DNA of 64,000 nt from Clostridiales bacterium. GTDB taxonomy: Bacteria > Bacillota > Clostridia > Oscillospirales > CAG-272. Both the position numbers and the translations under genes were made by a program. Of the stretch, positions 46,784 to 56,257 are shown piece after piece. Each line of letters starts with the position of its first letter. Within the stretch, counting starts at the first letter, position 1. Under the pieces are notes generated by a model, which saw nothing but the letters and a program-made list of their open reading frames with translations, was not told where the DNA came from and did not search any database. Where the stretch lies: positions 4,447 to 68,446 of the forward strand of contig JAEEKG010000096.1 in the NCBI GenBank assembly GCA_016282315.1, written 5' to 3'.

Positions 46784-48619
46784 TCATTTTGACATAGGCA
46801 GCACTATTGAATAAACATCTTCTTTTGCTGACACATCTACATCTAATGGTGTACAACCATCATACCTATAGTCAAAAACACTTACTTTCACATCATTTGA
46901 AGAGGAAGTAATAGAGTATTCGGAAATATTGTTAAATGGAAGATAAATTCTGATAATCCTATGACATCCATAAGCAATTGTGGAACCCGTTTCTACCGGT
47001 TTTCCATTTTCAATCTTAACAACTTCTTTTCCTTTGTATGTAACTGAAACATCAGCTGAAGTATCCCCTATTTCTATATAGTAGTACTTCCCATCCATAC
47101 TATAATTCACAGGATTCTTACTGTATAAGGGATCCATTGCTCTCAGAAACGCCAGGGTTAATTCCGGTTTGTGAGCCTGTGCCAATCCCCCAAAGTTTGA
47201 TTGGGACATAAGTGGGAATAATATAGCAAAATCCAAATCATGCAAGACCATGGCTGCTATCGCAACAATCAATCCTTTGACAGCCCTCAAGACAGATTCC
47301 TTACTTATGTCTACTTTTAGTTGTTCAAGAGCATTCATGAGTACAATATCCAAATCAATTGATAACTTTGACTGGTTGTGTAAAACGTCATCGAGCAATA
47401 AATCCGTTGAATCTGTAAGCAACATGCTTCTTGCTATTGATAATAACAAATCGTACAGTGACCCTGATACATTATTCTTGCTGAAAACAAAAGTCAGTAT
47501 TTCTCTTAAACCTTCTTCAAGTTTCTGAGTATAGTTCTCTCTTGTTTGTACTCCGTACAGCGTCAGATGCGAGACAAAGTCTTCCAAAAAGATTCCCTGG
47601 GTCCAATTGCAGTATTCGGAACTTGTTGTTAACTTAAAATCTTTAAGTCCCTTCATTTCAAAGTTAGAAATTGAATATTCTCCCAAAATTGAAGAGTTTG
47701 AATAACTATTAAAGAAATCGATTACTTTTCTTATATCTTTTTCATAATCGATATCATTTGTGTTATCAAAAAGAATTTTGTCAACTCCATACCTTGTAAA
47801 CGACAAATCTTTCATAGCAACTTTTGTTACTAAATCATTATTGTTTACAATACAAAATATATTGTCAAACAATTCAGTTTTTGGATAGAATTCATCGTCA
47901 TAATAAACACCGCGTGGTGCTTCAAAACAATATGCATACAAATCATCTTTTGCCAATGAAACATCTTGTCCCAAAATGTTATCTTTTTCATTGATGGATT
48001 CGTCGATTCTCCCTGCAGATATGTTGCATATTCCGCCGCCCCTTGAATAGCCTACCATCCAAAGCATAATGTTTCCATTGATGTCTTTGTTTTTTATGTA
48101 TTCCTTAAGACTATCAATCAGAATGCAACTTCCCTCATAAAAGCCTTTGTGGTATTTATCAAATGTGTCTTCATTTCCTATAGTAAAGTTTGACGCCCAT
48201 TCTGATTCATAGTTGCCGCCCCTAACTCCACATGCAATCATTTGTTTTCCATTAATTGATTTGTGACCAAAGACACAACCAAGTGAATCTGAGTTAGGTT
48301 TTTCTTTGAAATATGAATTGGGCTCAATATCCTCAAACCCCATCTTGGACAATAGATCAAAAGCATTTTTACTTTTGTTTATATATTCACCATCGTGTGA
48401 AGCAAATGAAGCTAATGCAAGTGACATTGATGCTGTTGCCAGACTTGGATTGTAAGTATTTGATGGTTTATCAAAGAAAGAATCATCATAATACATTTCA
48501 GTATCATAATCACTTGCACCCGATTGATATCTGAAAGAATATTTGGCGATATTCTTATTACAAGAGGTTGCACTCAGTAATAATACTAATACCAGAAAGA
48601 CAGATAATACTCTTTTCAT
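46784..48619 (-). CDS. lipoprotein with a class-3-lipase-like alpha/beta-hydrolase domain and a large C-terminal extension
   Basis: Lipobox LSATSC. ACGVRGGNYESEWASNF, HKGFYEG and nucleophile elbow GYSRG (Ser codon at 48044-48046) are in the order seen in Lipase_3 enzymes. Confidence 0.6.
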   Translation of the reverse strand: MKRVLSVFLVLVLLLSATSCNKNIAKYSFRYQSGASDYDTEMYYDDSFFDKPSNTYNPSLATASMSLALASFASHDGEYINKSKNAFDLLSKMGFEDIEPNSYFKEKPNSDSLGCVFGHKSINGKQMIACGVRGGNYESEWASNFTIGNEDTFDKYHKGFYEGSCILIDSLKEYIKNKDINGNIMLWMVGYSRGGGICNISAGRIDESINEKDNILGQDVSLAKDDLYAYCFEAPRGVYYDDEFYPKTELFDNIFCIVNNNDLVTKVAMKDLSFTRYGVDKILFDNTNDIDYEKDIRKVIDFFNSYSNSSILGEYSISNFEMKGLKDFKLTTSSEYCNWTQGIFLEDFVSHLTLYGVQTRENYTQKLEEGLREILTFVFSKNNVSGSLYDLLLSIARSMLLTDSTDLLLDDVLHNQSKLSIDLDIVLMNALEQLKVDISKESVLRAVKGLIVAIAAMVLHDLDFAILFPLMSQSNFGGLAQAHKPELTLAFLRAMDPLYSKNPVNYSMDGKYYYIEIGDTSADVSVTYKGKEVVKIENGKPVETGSTIAYGCHRIIRIYLPFNNISEYSITSSSNDVKVSVFDYRYDGCTPLDVDVSAKEDVYSIVLPMSK

Positions 48620-48626
48620 ATTTCAC

Positions 48627-50588
48627 CTAAACAATTGTTATAAATAGAGATAAGACACCCGAGAAAGCAATAATATACAAAGCAAGCGTTATATAGTCGA
48701 CAATCTTGTTTCTTGGGCCTTTGTGCGGATGATAAAAGAACAACAACGGAATCAATAACAATGTATAGTAAGTGTAACCAAATCCCCATGATTTTGCATT
48801 TGGGATTCTGGCAACAAGTAAGTCTATAACCGATATAACGATAATAATCACACAGACCAAAGTGTTTTTGGCAAACAAGAATCTATTTCCGTTGAAATAG
48901 TTAGTTGCCATATCATCTCCGTATTTATATTTGAAGAACAATCTCAAGAAATATATGCCATACAGATATGAAACACAAAGCAATGAAAAAGTAATTCTCT
49001 CTGATGCAAACAAATAATAAGCCCAATTAGGCAAATTCCAGCCAAATGAAGTATTCGCGCCATGGAAAATGATGTATGTGAATATTATGATCATCAAAGG
49101 AATTAACGATAGTAGCCTGAATACAATGACTTTCTTCTTTGTATTCACAAACTTCGGAGTAAAATACAAGAAATACATTATAAGGAAATACATTGAAATA
49201 GTTCCAAACATATTCGGAAGTCTGTTTTTAATCACACTGAACAATAATGTCTGGTTATTGATTGACTCCAGAAGTGATACTTCAAGCACATATACTCCTA
49301 TAAAAGTAAAGAAGTACAGTACGATATTCCTTATAACCCTTTTATCTTCCATATAGAGGTCAAAATCTATGAAGTACAATAAGAACATTCCCGTGTAAAA
49401 ACACATCATAAACGGGTCATACATGTGTCTTACATCAGCTAAACTCAAACCCATCCCTGAAGAAGACAAAGCAAAACTAATGTATATTTGTATTCTCAGA
49501 CTTGCAATTGCAACCAGTATTATTCCTATTATTTCAAACACGGTTTCCGGAATGATCGGAGTAAATCTCAAATCTGTTTTAGGAAGGGTTGTGCCCGAAT
49601 GACGCAATATCAAACCGTGACTGAGTTTTCTTTCGACCCCATGCTTTGTACCGTAAGCGAATGAGAAAAAGAGTCCAAACAACATTATCAGTCCCAAAAT
49701 TGCAAAAACGATTATTCCTATTCTTGATATAGTGGTTAACGTGCTTGTATATGACAGTATGCTCTGTGATTCTTCAAAGATGTCTTTACTTGAGACATTC
49801 AGCGACAATTTGTCAGCGATGAGAGTATCAAAATCTGAAAAGAATGCTTTTGCATACTGCATTACATCTTCGTCATATTTTGATTTTTGTGTACCAATTA
49901 CGTAACTTTTGTTGTCAGTACTTATTGGAACATTTGTTTCTTTGTTTGTCTCATAATCAGTTATATTAGCTATATAGATATACTCATTAGAATCTAACCA
50001 GATTACATTAATAACACATCTGTATTCATCGGTCCAATAAACGGTTTTGAAATTCAATACTCCTATTTCGTCAGAATTGTACTCACCTTTCAATGATACG
50101 TACTTATTTTCTTCAACCCTGTATATTTCAGGCCTTGTCAATGAACCCGTGACTGAAAAAGAAAAACTCGAATTCTCTAAAAATGTATCATGAAAGCTCT
50201 GATAAGAATCAGAAAACAATTGTCTTCTGTTTGATGTTGCTAATGAATAAATATAAATGGAAAAAGCACACGCAGCAATTAATAAAACGCTCAAAAAAGC
50301 AGTAAATATCTTAAAAAACAATGATCCAATGAAGTCATATATTTTTACAAGGTATTTTCTTTTATGCTCTTTTTGAGCCGGGTATGAACGCTCTCCATAC
50401 AAGTATTCGGAATAATCAACATTTAAAGCAGAACTTATTTTTTCAACTTCTTTATTATTTGGCTTTAAATATCCGTTTTCAATCAAATGGTATTTTATAT
50501 ATCCAATTCCTAGTTTTTTAGCAAATTTATTCTCCGAGAGTCCCAAAGACATTCTCTCATTATACAAATACATATTGTAGCTATCCAT
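48627..50588 (-). CDS. XRE-family HTH domain fused to a TM anchor, a ~190-aa extracytoplasmic domain and a ~9-10 TM C-terminal domain
   Basis: N-terminus LSENKFAKKLGIGYIKYHLIENGYLKPNNKEVEKISSAL (HTH_XRE), followed by multiple hydrophobic helices. The stop codon is 7 nt from the lipase-like gene's start. Confidence 0.65.
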   Translation of the reverse strand: MDSYNMYLYNERMSLGLSENKFAKKLGIGYIKYHLIENGYLKPNNKEVEKISSALNVDYSEYLYGERSYPAQKEHKRKYLVKIYDFIGSLFFKIFTAFLSVLLIAACAFSIYIYSLATSNRRQLFSDSYQSFHDTFLENSSFSFSVTGSLTRPEIYRVEENKYVSLKGEYNSDEIGVLNFKTVYWTDEYRCVINVIWLDSNEYIYIANITDYETNKETNVPISTDNKSYVIGTQKSKYDEDVMQYAKAFFSDFDTLIADKLSLNVSSKDIFEESQSILSYTSTLTTISRIGIIVFAILGLIMLFGLFFSFAYGTKHGVERKLSHGLILRHSGTTLPKTDLRFTPIIPETVFEIIGIILVAIASLRIQIYISFALSSSGMGLSLADVRHMYDPFMMCFYTGMFLLYFIDFDLYMEDKRVIRNIVLYFFTFIGVYVLEVSLLESINNQTLLFSVIKNRLPNMFGTISMYFLIMYFLYFTPKFVNTKKKVIVFRLLSLIPLMIIIFTYIIFHGANTSFGWNLPNWAYYLFASERITFSLLCVSYLYGIYFLRLFFKYKYGDDMATNYFNGNRFLFAKNTLVCVIIIVISVIDLLVARIPNAKSWGFGYTYYTLLLIPLLFFYHPHKGPRNKIVDYITLALYIIAFSGVLSLFITIV

Positions 50589-50640
50589 GCCTATGAGCTC
50601 CCTTCGTTTTAATATAGAAATTATATCATATTATATTGGT

Positions 50641-50680
50641 ATATACAAACAAATATGCACTCCGAACTTGGAGTGCATAT
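50641..50680 (-). terminator. terminator of the TIM-barrel gene
   Basis: ATATGCACTCC / GGAGTGCATAT 11-bp stem followed on the minus strand by TTTGTTTGT. Confidence 0.65.
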
Positions 50681-51429
50681 CAATTAAAATCTTCTAATAT
50701 TTTTCTCAGAGCATCAGCTTCTTTGGGAAGTGATTCAATTCTGTCGTCGGGCATAAACTCGAGCAAAAGTTTTTGGGTCCCATCAAAGCATTCCAAATAC
50801 TTTTTCCATAATTTTGCACCCGTCTCTAACTCAAATTTATCTTTATCTTTCCAATTGAAAACATGAATGTTAACTGTGTATGGAGCAATCATTTTTGCGC
50901 TTAAACAATTGTATGCTTCGTCTTTAAACTGATTTGGCTGCCAATACATTTTAAACACGTTTCTGTTAACATTTTTCATCAACTCAATTGTTGAATCAAT
51001 TGAATCAGTAAGGGTTTTAGGATGACATTCACAACAAATAACAGACCCGAATTTTTCAGCCATTCTAGACAACTTGTCGCAATCCCTATATATTTCTTCT
51101 CTCTCTTTGCTGGAATAATCTTCAGAAGCCTTTGTTCCCATCCAAATTCTCAAAGTGTTTGTTCCCAGTAACTTGGATGCATTCAAATATCCGACAAAAT
51201 CATTTGGATCATCTCTTCCAACTTTGAAATAAGTGCCATATGATGATGTTTTGATTCCATATTTTTCTGACAGCTTGTTAATTATATCAATGGCATCCGG
51301 GTTATTGAATGGGGCGTGAACATCACTACCCCATTCAATATATTCCAAATTTGTTTCTGATACCCTTTGTATAATGTCTTCAACAGAATGATTTCTAAAA
51401 GATATAGAGACTAGTCCTGTCTTAAACAT
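50680..51429 (-). CDS. sugar phosphate isomerase/epimerase (xylose-isomerase-like TIM barrel)
   Basis: AP_endonuc_2-type pattern (ISFRNHS, YIEWGSDVH, CCECHPKT). Start placed at the internal Met (51429) to avoid a 23-nt overlap with hppA; 51468 is the alternative. Confidence 0.7.
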   Translation of the reverse strand: MFKTGLVSISFRNHSVEDIIQRVSETNLEYIEWGSDVHAPFNNPDAIDIINKLSEKYGIKTSSYGTYFKVGRDDPNDFVGYLNASKLLGTNTLRIWMGTKASEDYSSKEREEIYRDCDKLSRMAEKFGSVICCECHPKTLTDSIDSTIELMKNVNRNVFKMYWQPNQFKDEAYNCLSAKMIAPYTVNIHVFNWKDKDKFELETGAKLWKKYLECFDGTQKLLLEFMPDDRIESLPKEADALRKILEDFN

Positions 51430-51445
51430 TTGTTTGTACCCAAAA

Positions 51446-53533
51446 CTAACCGGCAATAAGCTTGACAATCATATCCCAAACTGATGTTACACTTGCAAGA
51501 ACAGGAACAAGTATGAGAGAGATTACTGACATTAGTTTGATCAAAATATCCATAGCCGGACCAGCTGTATCCTTAAGAGGATCGCCAACTGTATCGCCTG
51601 TTACAGAAGCTTTGTGTGTGTCGGATCCCTTGCCGCCGAAGTGACCGTTTTCTATAAACTTTTTAGCGTTATCCCAAGCACCGCCCGCATTAGCCATAAA
51701 TACGGCAAGCATTATTGCGGATACAAGTGCGCCTATAAGCATACCGCCAAGGCCTTGTGAACCTATCAAAAGACCGCACAAAATAGGTGAAACTACTGCT
51801 ATGATAGCAGGAAGAACCATTTCTTTCAAAGATGCCTTTGTTGAAATATCAATACAACGATTGTAATCAGGTACTTCTGTTCCCTTCAGAATTCCAGGTT
51901 TTTTCTTGAATTGATCACGAATTTCTTCAACCATCTTATTTGCTGCTTTTCCTACTGAAGAAATAGTCAAGGCGCTGAACAAGTATGGAAGCATACCACC
52001 TATAAGCATTCCTATAAGAACCTTTGGATCAGACAAAACTATTTGTACACCTGCTGCTTCTATGAAAGACACGATGAAAGCAAGCGAAGTAAGTGTAGCT
52101 GAACCTATACAGAAGCCTTTGCCTATAGCTGCTGTTGTATTACCAACAGAGTCTAATTTATCTGTTATTTCTCTGACATTCTCCGGAAGTTCTGCCATTT
52201 GAGCAATGCCACCAGCATTATCCGAGATCGGGCCGTATCCATCAACTGATACTGTAATACCGGCTGTAGAAAGCATACCGACTGCAGCAAGAGCAATTCC
52301 GTATGAACCATTAAAGAAGAATGCAATTACGATTGCTGATGCTAAAACAGCTATCGTCAGAGCAGTTGATTTCATTCCCGAACCAAGACCTGCAATGATG
52401 TTCGTTGCATGTCCGGTCTGGCTCTCTTGTGCGATTCTTTGTACTTCTTTATAGTCTGATGAAGTATAGATTTCAGCAATAAATCCAACACCTATTCCTG
52501 ATGCAAGACCTGCTGCTATTGAAATGATGAGTTTCCAGTCACCAACATAGAACAGTGCAAGGAAAACAGTTGCTAACAAAACTATTCCCGTAGCAATGTA
52601 TGTTGCTATATTCAATGCTTTATGTGGATTGCTCCAGTTTTTCAGTCTGAAGAAAATAACAGACAAAACTGATGCTATAACACCAACTCCGCAGATTAAA
52701 ACTGGGAAAAGAATGTATTTCATAGATAAAGCATCTTTTGTTGTAAAGGTTAAAAGAGCCATTGTGAGGCAAGAAATGATTGAACCAACATAAGATTCAG
52801 TCAAGTCGGATCCCATTCCTGCTATATCACCAACGTTATCGCCAACGTTATCTGCTATAGTAGCAGGGTTTCTCGGGTCATCTTCAGGCAAGTCTGTCTC
52901 AACTTTACCGACAAGGTCAGCGCCTACATCGGCTGCTTTTGTATAAATTCCGCCGCCAACACGGCTGAACAAAGCTATCAATGAACATCCAAGCGAATAA
53001 CCAGCCAAAATATGGATAGGTTCCTGCATGTCACCTGTAATCAGGTAAGCAATAAGGAATATTGCGGAAAGGCCGAGCAAACCAAAACCTACTACAGCAA
53101 GACCTAAAACAGATCCTCCTGAAAAGGCAACTCTGAGCGCTGAAGGCATTCCCTTTTCGTTTGCCATAAATGTCGTTCTTGCATTAGCTTTTGTTGCAAT
53201 AAACATTCCGACCCAACCTGCAGCTGCAGAAAAACCAGCACCAACAACAAAACATAAAGCCGGTTTCCAACCAACAGCTTCTGCGCCTTGCAAAGCAGGA
53301 ATAAGACCAAGCAAAGCTAATACAGCGCCGATTCCTATAATAAATGGAATTATGACTTTATATTCTCTAGTCAAGAAAGTCATAGCGCCTTTGTGGATGT
53401 ACTTACTAATCTCTTCAACTTTAACATTTGTAACTTTAATTCTCGATACTTTTCTGAAAAGAACGAAAACATAAAGCAATGTAATCAATGTTGAAAAGAC
53501 TACAAGCAATAAACAAAGTGATTGTTCATTCAT
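51446..53533 (-). CDS. hppA: membrane-bound ion-translocating pyrophosphatase, K+-dependent type
   Basis: [37 protein letters not shown] (Ala at the K+-dependence determinant), [10 protein letters not shown]. Confidence 0.95.
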   Translation of the reverse strand: MNEQSLCLLLVVFSTLITLLYVFVLFRKVSRIKVTNVKVEEISKYIHKGAMTFLTREYKVIIPFIIGIGAVLALLGLIPALQGAEAVGWKPALCFVVGAGFSAAAGWVGMFIATKANARTTFMANEKGMPSALRVAFSGGSVLGLAVVGFGLLGLSAIFLIAYLITGDMQEPIHILAGYSLGCSLIALFSRVGGGIYTKAADVGADLVGKVETDLPEDDPRNPATIADNVGDNVGDIAGMGSDLTESYVGSIISCLTMALLTFTTKDALSMKYILFPVLICGVGVIASVLSVIFFRLKNWSNPHKALNIATYIATGIVLLATVFLALFYVGDWKLIISIAAGLASGIGVGFIAEIYTSSDYKEVQRIAQESQTGHATNIIAGLGSGMKSTALTIAVLASAIVIAFFFNGSYGIALAAVGMLSTAGITVSVDGYGPISDNAGGIAQMAELPENVREITDKLDSVGNTTAAIGKGFCIGSATLTSLAFIVSFIEAAGVQIVLSDPKVLIGMLIGGMLPYLFSALTISSVGKAANKMVEEIRDQFKKKPGILKGTEVPDYNRCIDISTKASLKEMVLPAIIAVVSPILCGLLIGSQGLGGMLIGALVSAIMLAVFMANAGGAWDNAKKFIENGHFGGKGSDTHKASVTGDTVGDPLKDTAGPAMDILIKLMSVISLILVPVLASVTSVWDMIVKLIAG

Positions 53534-53682
53534 GAAAAAAACCTCCGTTTTTTAGTACCAAAGTATTATATCACATGCCTATAGTCATTTCACAAAAAAT
53601 ATATAGGTATGAGCACTTCTCTTAATTAATGTTAAAAAAACGTTTTAACAATTGTATAAAAGTGTTCTTTTTTCAACAATTA

Positions 53683-53710
53683 TCGCTGCTGTATGTTATG
53701 ACAGCAGCGA
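53683..53710 (-). terminator. hairpin after the HD-hydrolase gene (weak terminator)
   Basis: TCGCTGCTGT / ACAGCAGCGA 10-bp stem with a poor T tract (TAATTGTTG) on the minus strand. Confidence 0.4.
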
Positions 53711-53719
53711 ATATGAGTA

Positions 53720-54298
53720 TTATTGTTTTTGATATGGAATATCTGCAAATACAGTATCCACAAGTGAGTGGTATTCCTGCCATGCTTCAAATTCCTCGAG
53801 TTCTTTGAGTAAAATGTCAATAGTTCTGTAGTACCAAGCCTGTTGAGCCGGGTCCTTTTGATTAAACATCTTCCATATCTCGTGGCCGTTAATCTTCCAC
53901 ATCCTGTAGAATGAGCGCATGTTTGACAACTTATCTCCGAGCCACAACATTTTTACAGCGATATCATCTGATGACTCCAAATCATGAAGTGATTGTGATT
54001 TTCTGAAATGCCAACTATCCGCTCTGGATAATTCGGGCCATCTATCTTCTGTTTCAGAAGCTACAAGTTCTGCCACGCGATCGCCAAAATTATATTTTAA
54101 TTCTTCAAATGTTGTATTTGTATCTTCAATAGTGTCATGTAAAACTGCAGCAGACAATACTTCTTCATCACTAGTCATTGTCCCTACTATTACAGCCGCT
54201 TCCAATGGATGAAGAATATATGGGTTGGTTTCGCTTTTTCTCACCATTCCGCCATGCTTTTCCATCGCAAACAACAGCGCTTTATCAAATAAAGTCAT
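53720..54298 (-). CDS. small HD-domain protein of the RelA/SpoT hydrolase type (small alarmone hydrolase-like)
   Basis: AMEKHGGMVRKSETNPYILHPLEAA...AAVLHDTIEDTNTTFEEL...FGDRVAELV matches the (p)ppGpp hydrolase HD motif order. 192 aa, no synthetase domain. Confidence 0.75.
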   Translation of the reverse strand: MTLFDKALLFAMEKHGGMVRKSETNPYILHPLEAAVIVGTMTSDEEVLSAAVLHDTIEDTNTTFEELKYNFGDRVAELVASETEDRWPELSRADSWHFRKSQSLHDLESSDDIAVKMLWLGDKLSNMRSFYRMWKINGHEIWKMFNQKDPAQQAWYYRTIDILLKELEEFEAWQEYHSLVDTVFADIPYQKQ

Positions 54299-54307
54299 AC
54301 ATGCCTC

Positions 54308-55861
54308 TTATAAGTTCTTCTTTAGCTTGAGAATGTTTTGTCCGTTCTTGTATTCGTAACTGATATCATCCATTATCTTCTTAGTCATGAATATGCCCAA
54401 TCCGCCAATTTGTCTATCGTTAGCAGAGAGAGTGATATCAGGATCTTGTTTTGCCAACGGATCATAAGGAACTCCGTTGTCTATAAATGAGATACATACG
54501 CAAAGAGGATTGTCAAATACTTCAACTCTTACCATAGCGCTTCCCAGTCTGGGAGCATATGCGTAATGCGCAATATTTACGAATATCTCTTCGACAGCCA
54601 ATCCTATTTGCATTTGGGTCTTTGGCGGACAATCTGTTTCTTCCAAATGCTTGTTGACGAAGTTCTGAACCGCTTCTAAATTATCTGTTGTAGCTTCAAT
54701 CAACAATTCGTTCTTTGAAAACAACAGCGTATCAGTACAATTGAGCAATTCAATCAATTCATTTGTCCAGAACTCAATTTCTTTCTTTGTGTTTTCTTGT
54801 TCAAGACCTTTTCTTCTTATAGAACGTCTGATCAAACGCGCATAGCCGATAATTCTTGCTTTGTTTTCAACTTCTTCGATTTTTCTTTCATTTGTTGTTC
54901 CTATATACTGAGCAAGGAATTGTCTCCAGAATTTCTTTGCTGTCTCGCTATCAAAGCCCTGGAATTTTACTACAATATCTTTGTTTATTTCTGAGAAACC
55001 AACAAACGCATTGTAGATGCTTCCTAATTCAAATATTGGATTACCAACAGACAAGGTATCCATATCAATTAGCAATACTTCATCGTTTTGCAATTGCAAA
55101 TTCTGTGTATGATAATCGCCATGAATCATGTGATTATCCTGAGGAACATCTTCGATAAGTGAAATCAGTTTCTCTCCTGCTTCCTTAGGAAGATAATCCT
55201 TCATGAATTCAGCCCATCCAAGTGCGGTCTTTTTCATGTCAGGAAGTTTGCCGTTCGGAACTACTGTTCCGTGAATTGTTTTCATCATTTTCACAAATTC
55301 ATTGACACACCAATCAAATTTATCCGGTTGAGTCTGAATTATCTTGGAAAAAGATGTAGCATTCAACAATTCAAAAACGCTTCCGTAGCTATTTCCGACT
55401 TTAACAATATCATAGGATATTGCAGTAGGAACTCCAAGAATGAGCGCGAGTTTTGCAACTTCTCTTTCATGCTGGATATCATCAAGGGCATCCGGGTTCT
55501 TGTAAACCTTTACTACATTGTCCCTGTCTATACGATATATAGTACCATTGGCACCTTGGCCTATTACTTCGCATCCTTCGATGGAAACAACTCTGTATGC
55601 TTTTTTTACTGTCATCATTTCAGTAAAACCGGTCATTTCAAATATATCATAAACATCAGTCGAAACATTTACTACAGAGAGATCCGGATGTGACTTTTTC
55701 AATCTCAGAATTATTCTCAGCCCGGCGCTCGAAATATAGTCAAGTGCTGAAGCATCCAAGACAACTGGCTCATTTTTGACACCATTTAATTGTGCCACCA
55801 ATTCATTTTCAACTTGATTTGCATTTGTTGAGTCTATTCTACCTTTTAATTCAAGATTCAT
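54308..55861 (-). CDS. triple-domain fusion: STAS (anti-sigma antagonist) + APH/choline-kinase-type protein-kinase-like domain + GHKL anti-sigma-factor-type ATPase (RsbW/SpoIIAB-like)
   Basis: aa 1-95 LDYISSAGLRIILRL...FEMTGF. aa ~96-375 G-loop GQGANGT, VKVYK, HGDYHTQN, LIDMD. aa ~390-517 N-box EEIFVNIAHYA, DNG, GGLGIF. Confidence 0.8.
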   Translation of the reverse strand: MNLELKGRIDSTNANQVENELVAQLNGVKNEPVVLDASALDYISSAGLRIILRLKKSHPDLSVVNVSTDVYDIFEMTGFTEMMTVKKAYRVVSIEGCEVIGQGANGTIYRIDRDNVVKVYKNPDALDDIQHEREVAKLALILGVPTAISYDIVKVGNSYGSVFELLNATSFSKIIQTQPDKFDWCVNEFVKMMKTIHGTVVPNGKLPDMKKTALGWAEFMKDYLPKEAGEKLISLIEDVPQDNHMIHGDYHTQNLQLQNDEVLLIDMDTLSVGNPIFELGSIYNAFVGFSEINKDIVVKFQGFDSETAKKFWRQFLAQYIGTTNERKIEEVENKARIIGYARLIRRSIRRKGLEQENTKKEIEFWTNELIELLNCTDTLLFSKNELLIEATTDNLEAVQNFVNKHLEETDCPPKTQMQIGLAVEEIFVNIAHYAYAPRLGSAMVRVEVFDNPLCVCISFIDNGVPYDPLAKQDPDITLSANDRQIGGLGIFMTKKIMDDISYEYKNGQNILKLKKNL

Positions 55862-56199
55862 TAGTCAAATCCCCCTATTGGTTAAGTCTCGTGAGCAACT
55901 CATGACTGAAGCCACGAGCTTCGTGAAGGGCTAAATCACCTTCGCCCAAACACATGGTGGACACGCACCAATATTCCTTGTGAACTACCCACCACCTGTT
56001 TACACTGAGGTGGGGCTTCATAGATGATTTGCATCATCCAATCTTTTTTACTCTTCGATGCAGGTATCCCCACAAGCATAAGGAGTCTAGCCCCGGCGTC
56101 CCGACCGGTTATGTAATCCTTTTCGCACTCTTTCTCACAATTCATCTCGCCTCCTATAGAGGAGGGAGACTTCTTGCTGAGTGCTGGTTAAACATAGGA
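55862..56199 (-). ncRNA. candidate structured RNA / long structured leader (unclassified) upstream of the fusion gene
   Basis: About 47% G+C by hand count against about 23% in other spacers. Consecutive helices on the minus strand include an 8-bp stem with a GCAA tetraloop (56021-56040). The internal ORFs use GC-rich codons atypical of this genome. Confidence 0.5.
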
Positions 56200-56257
56200 C
56201 AAAACTCAAAAAGCCACAGAACTATCATGACCCAAAATAAAAGGTCATATCAGTTCT
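56200..56257 (-). terminator. imperfect hairpin plus U-rich tract just after the STAS gene (possible partial terminator)
   Basis: Minus strand AGAAC..ATGACC / GGTCAT..GTTCT followed by GTGGCTTTTTGAGTTTTG. Confidence 0.35.
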
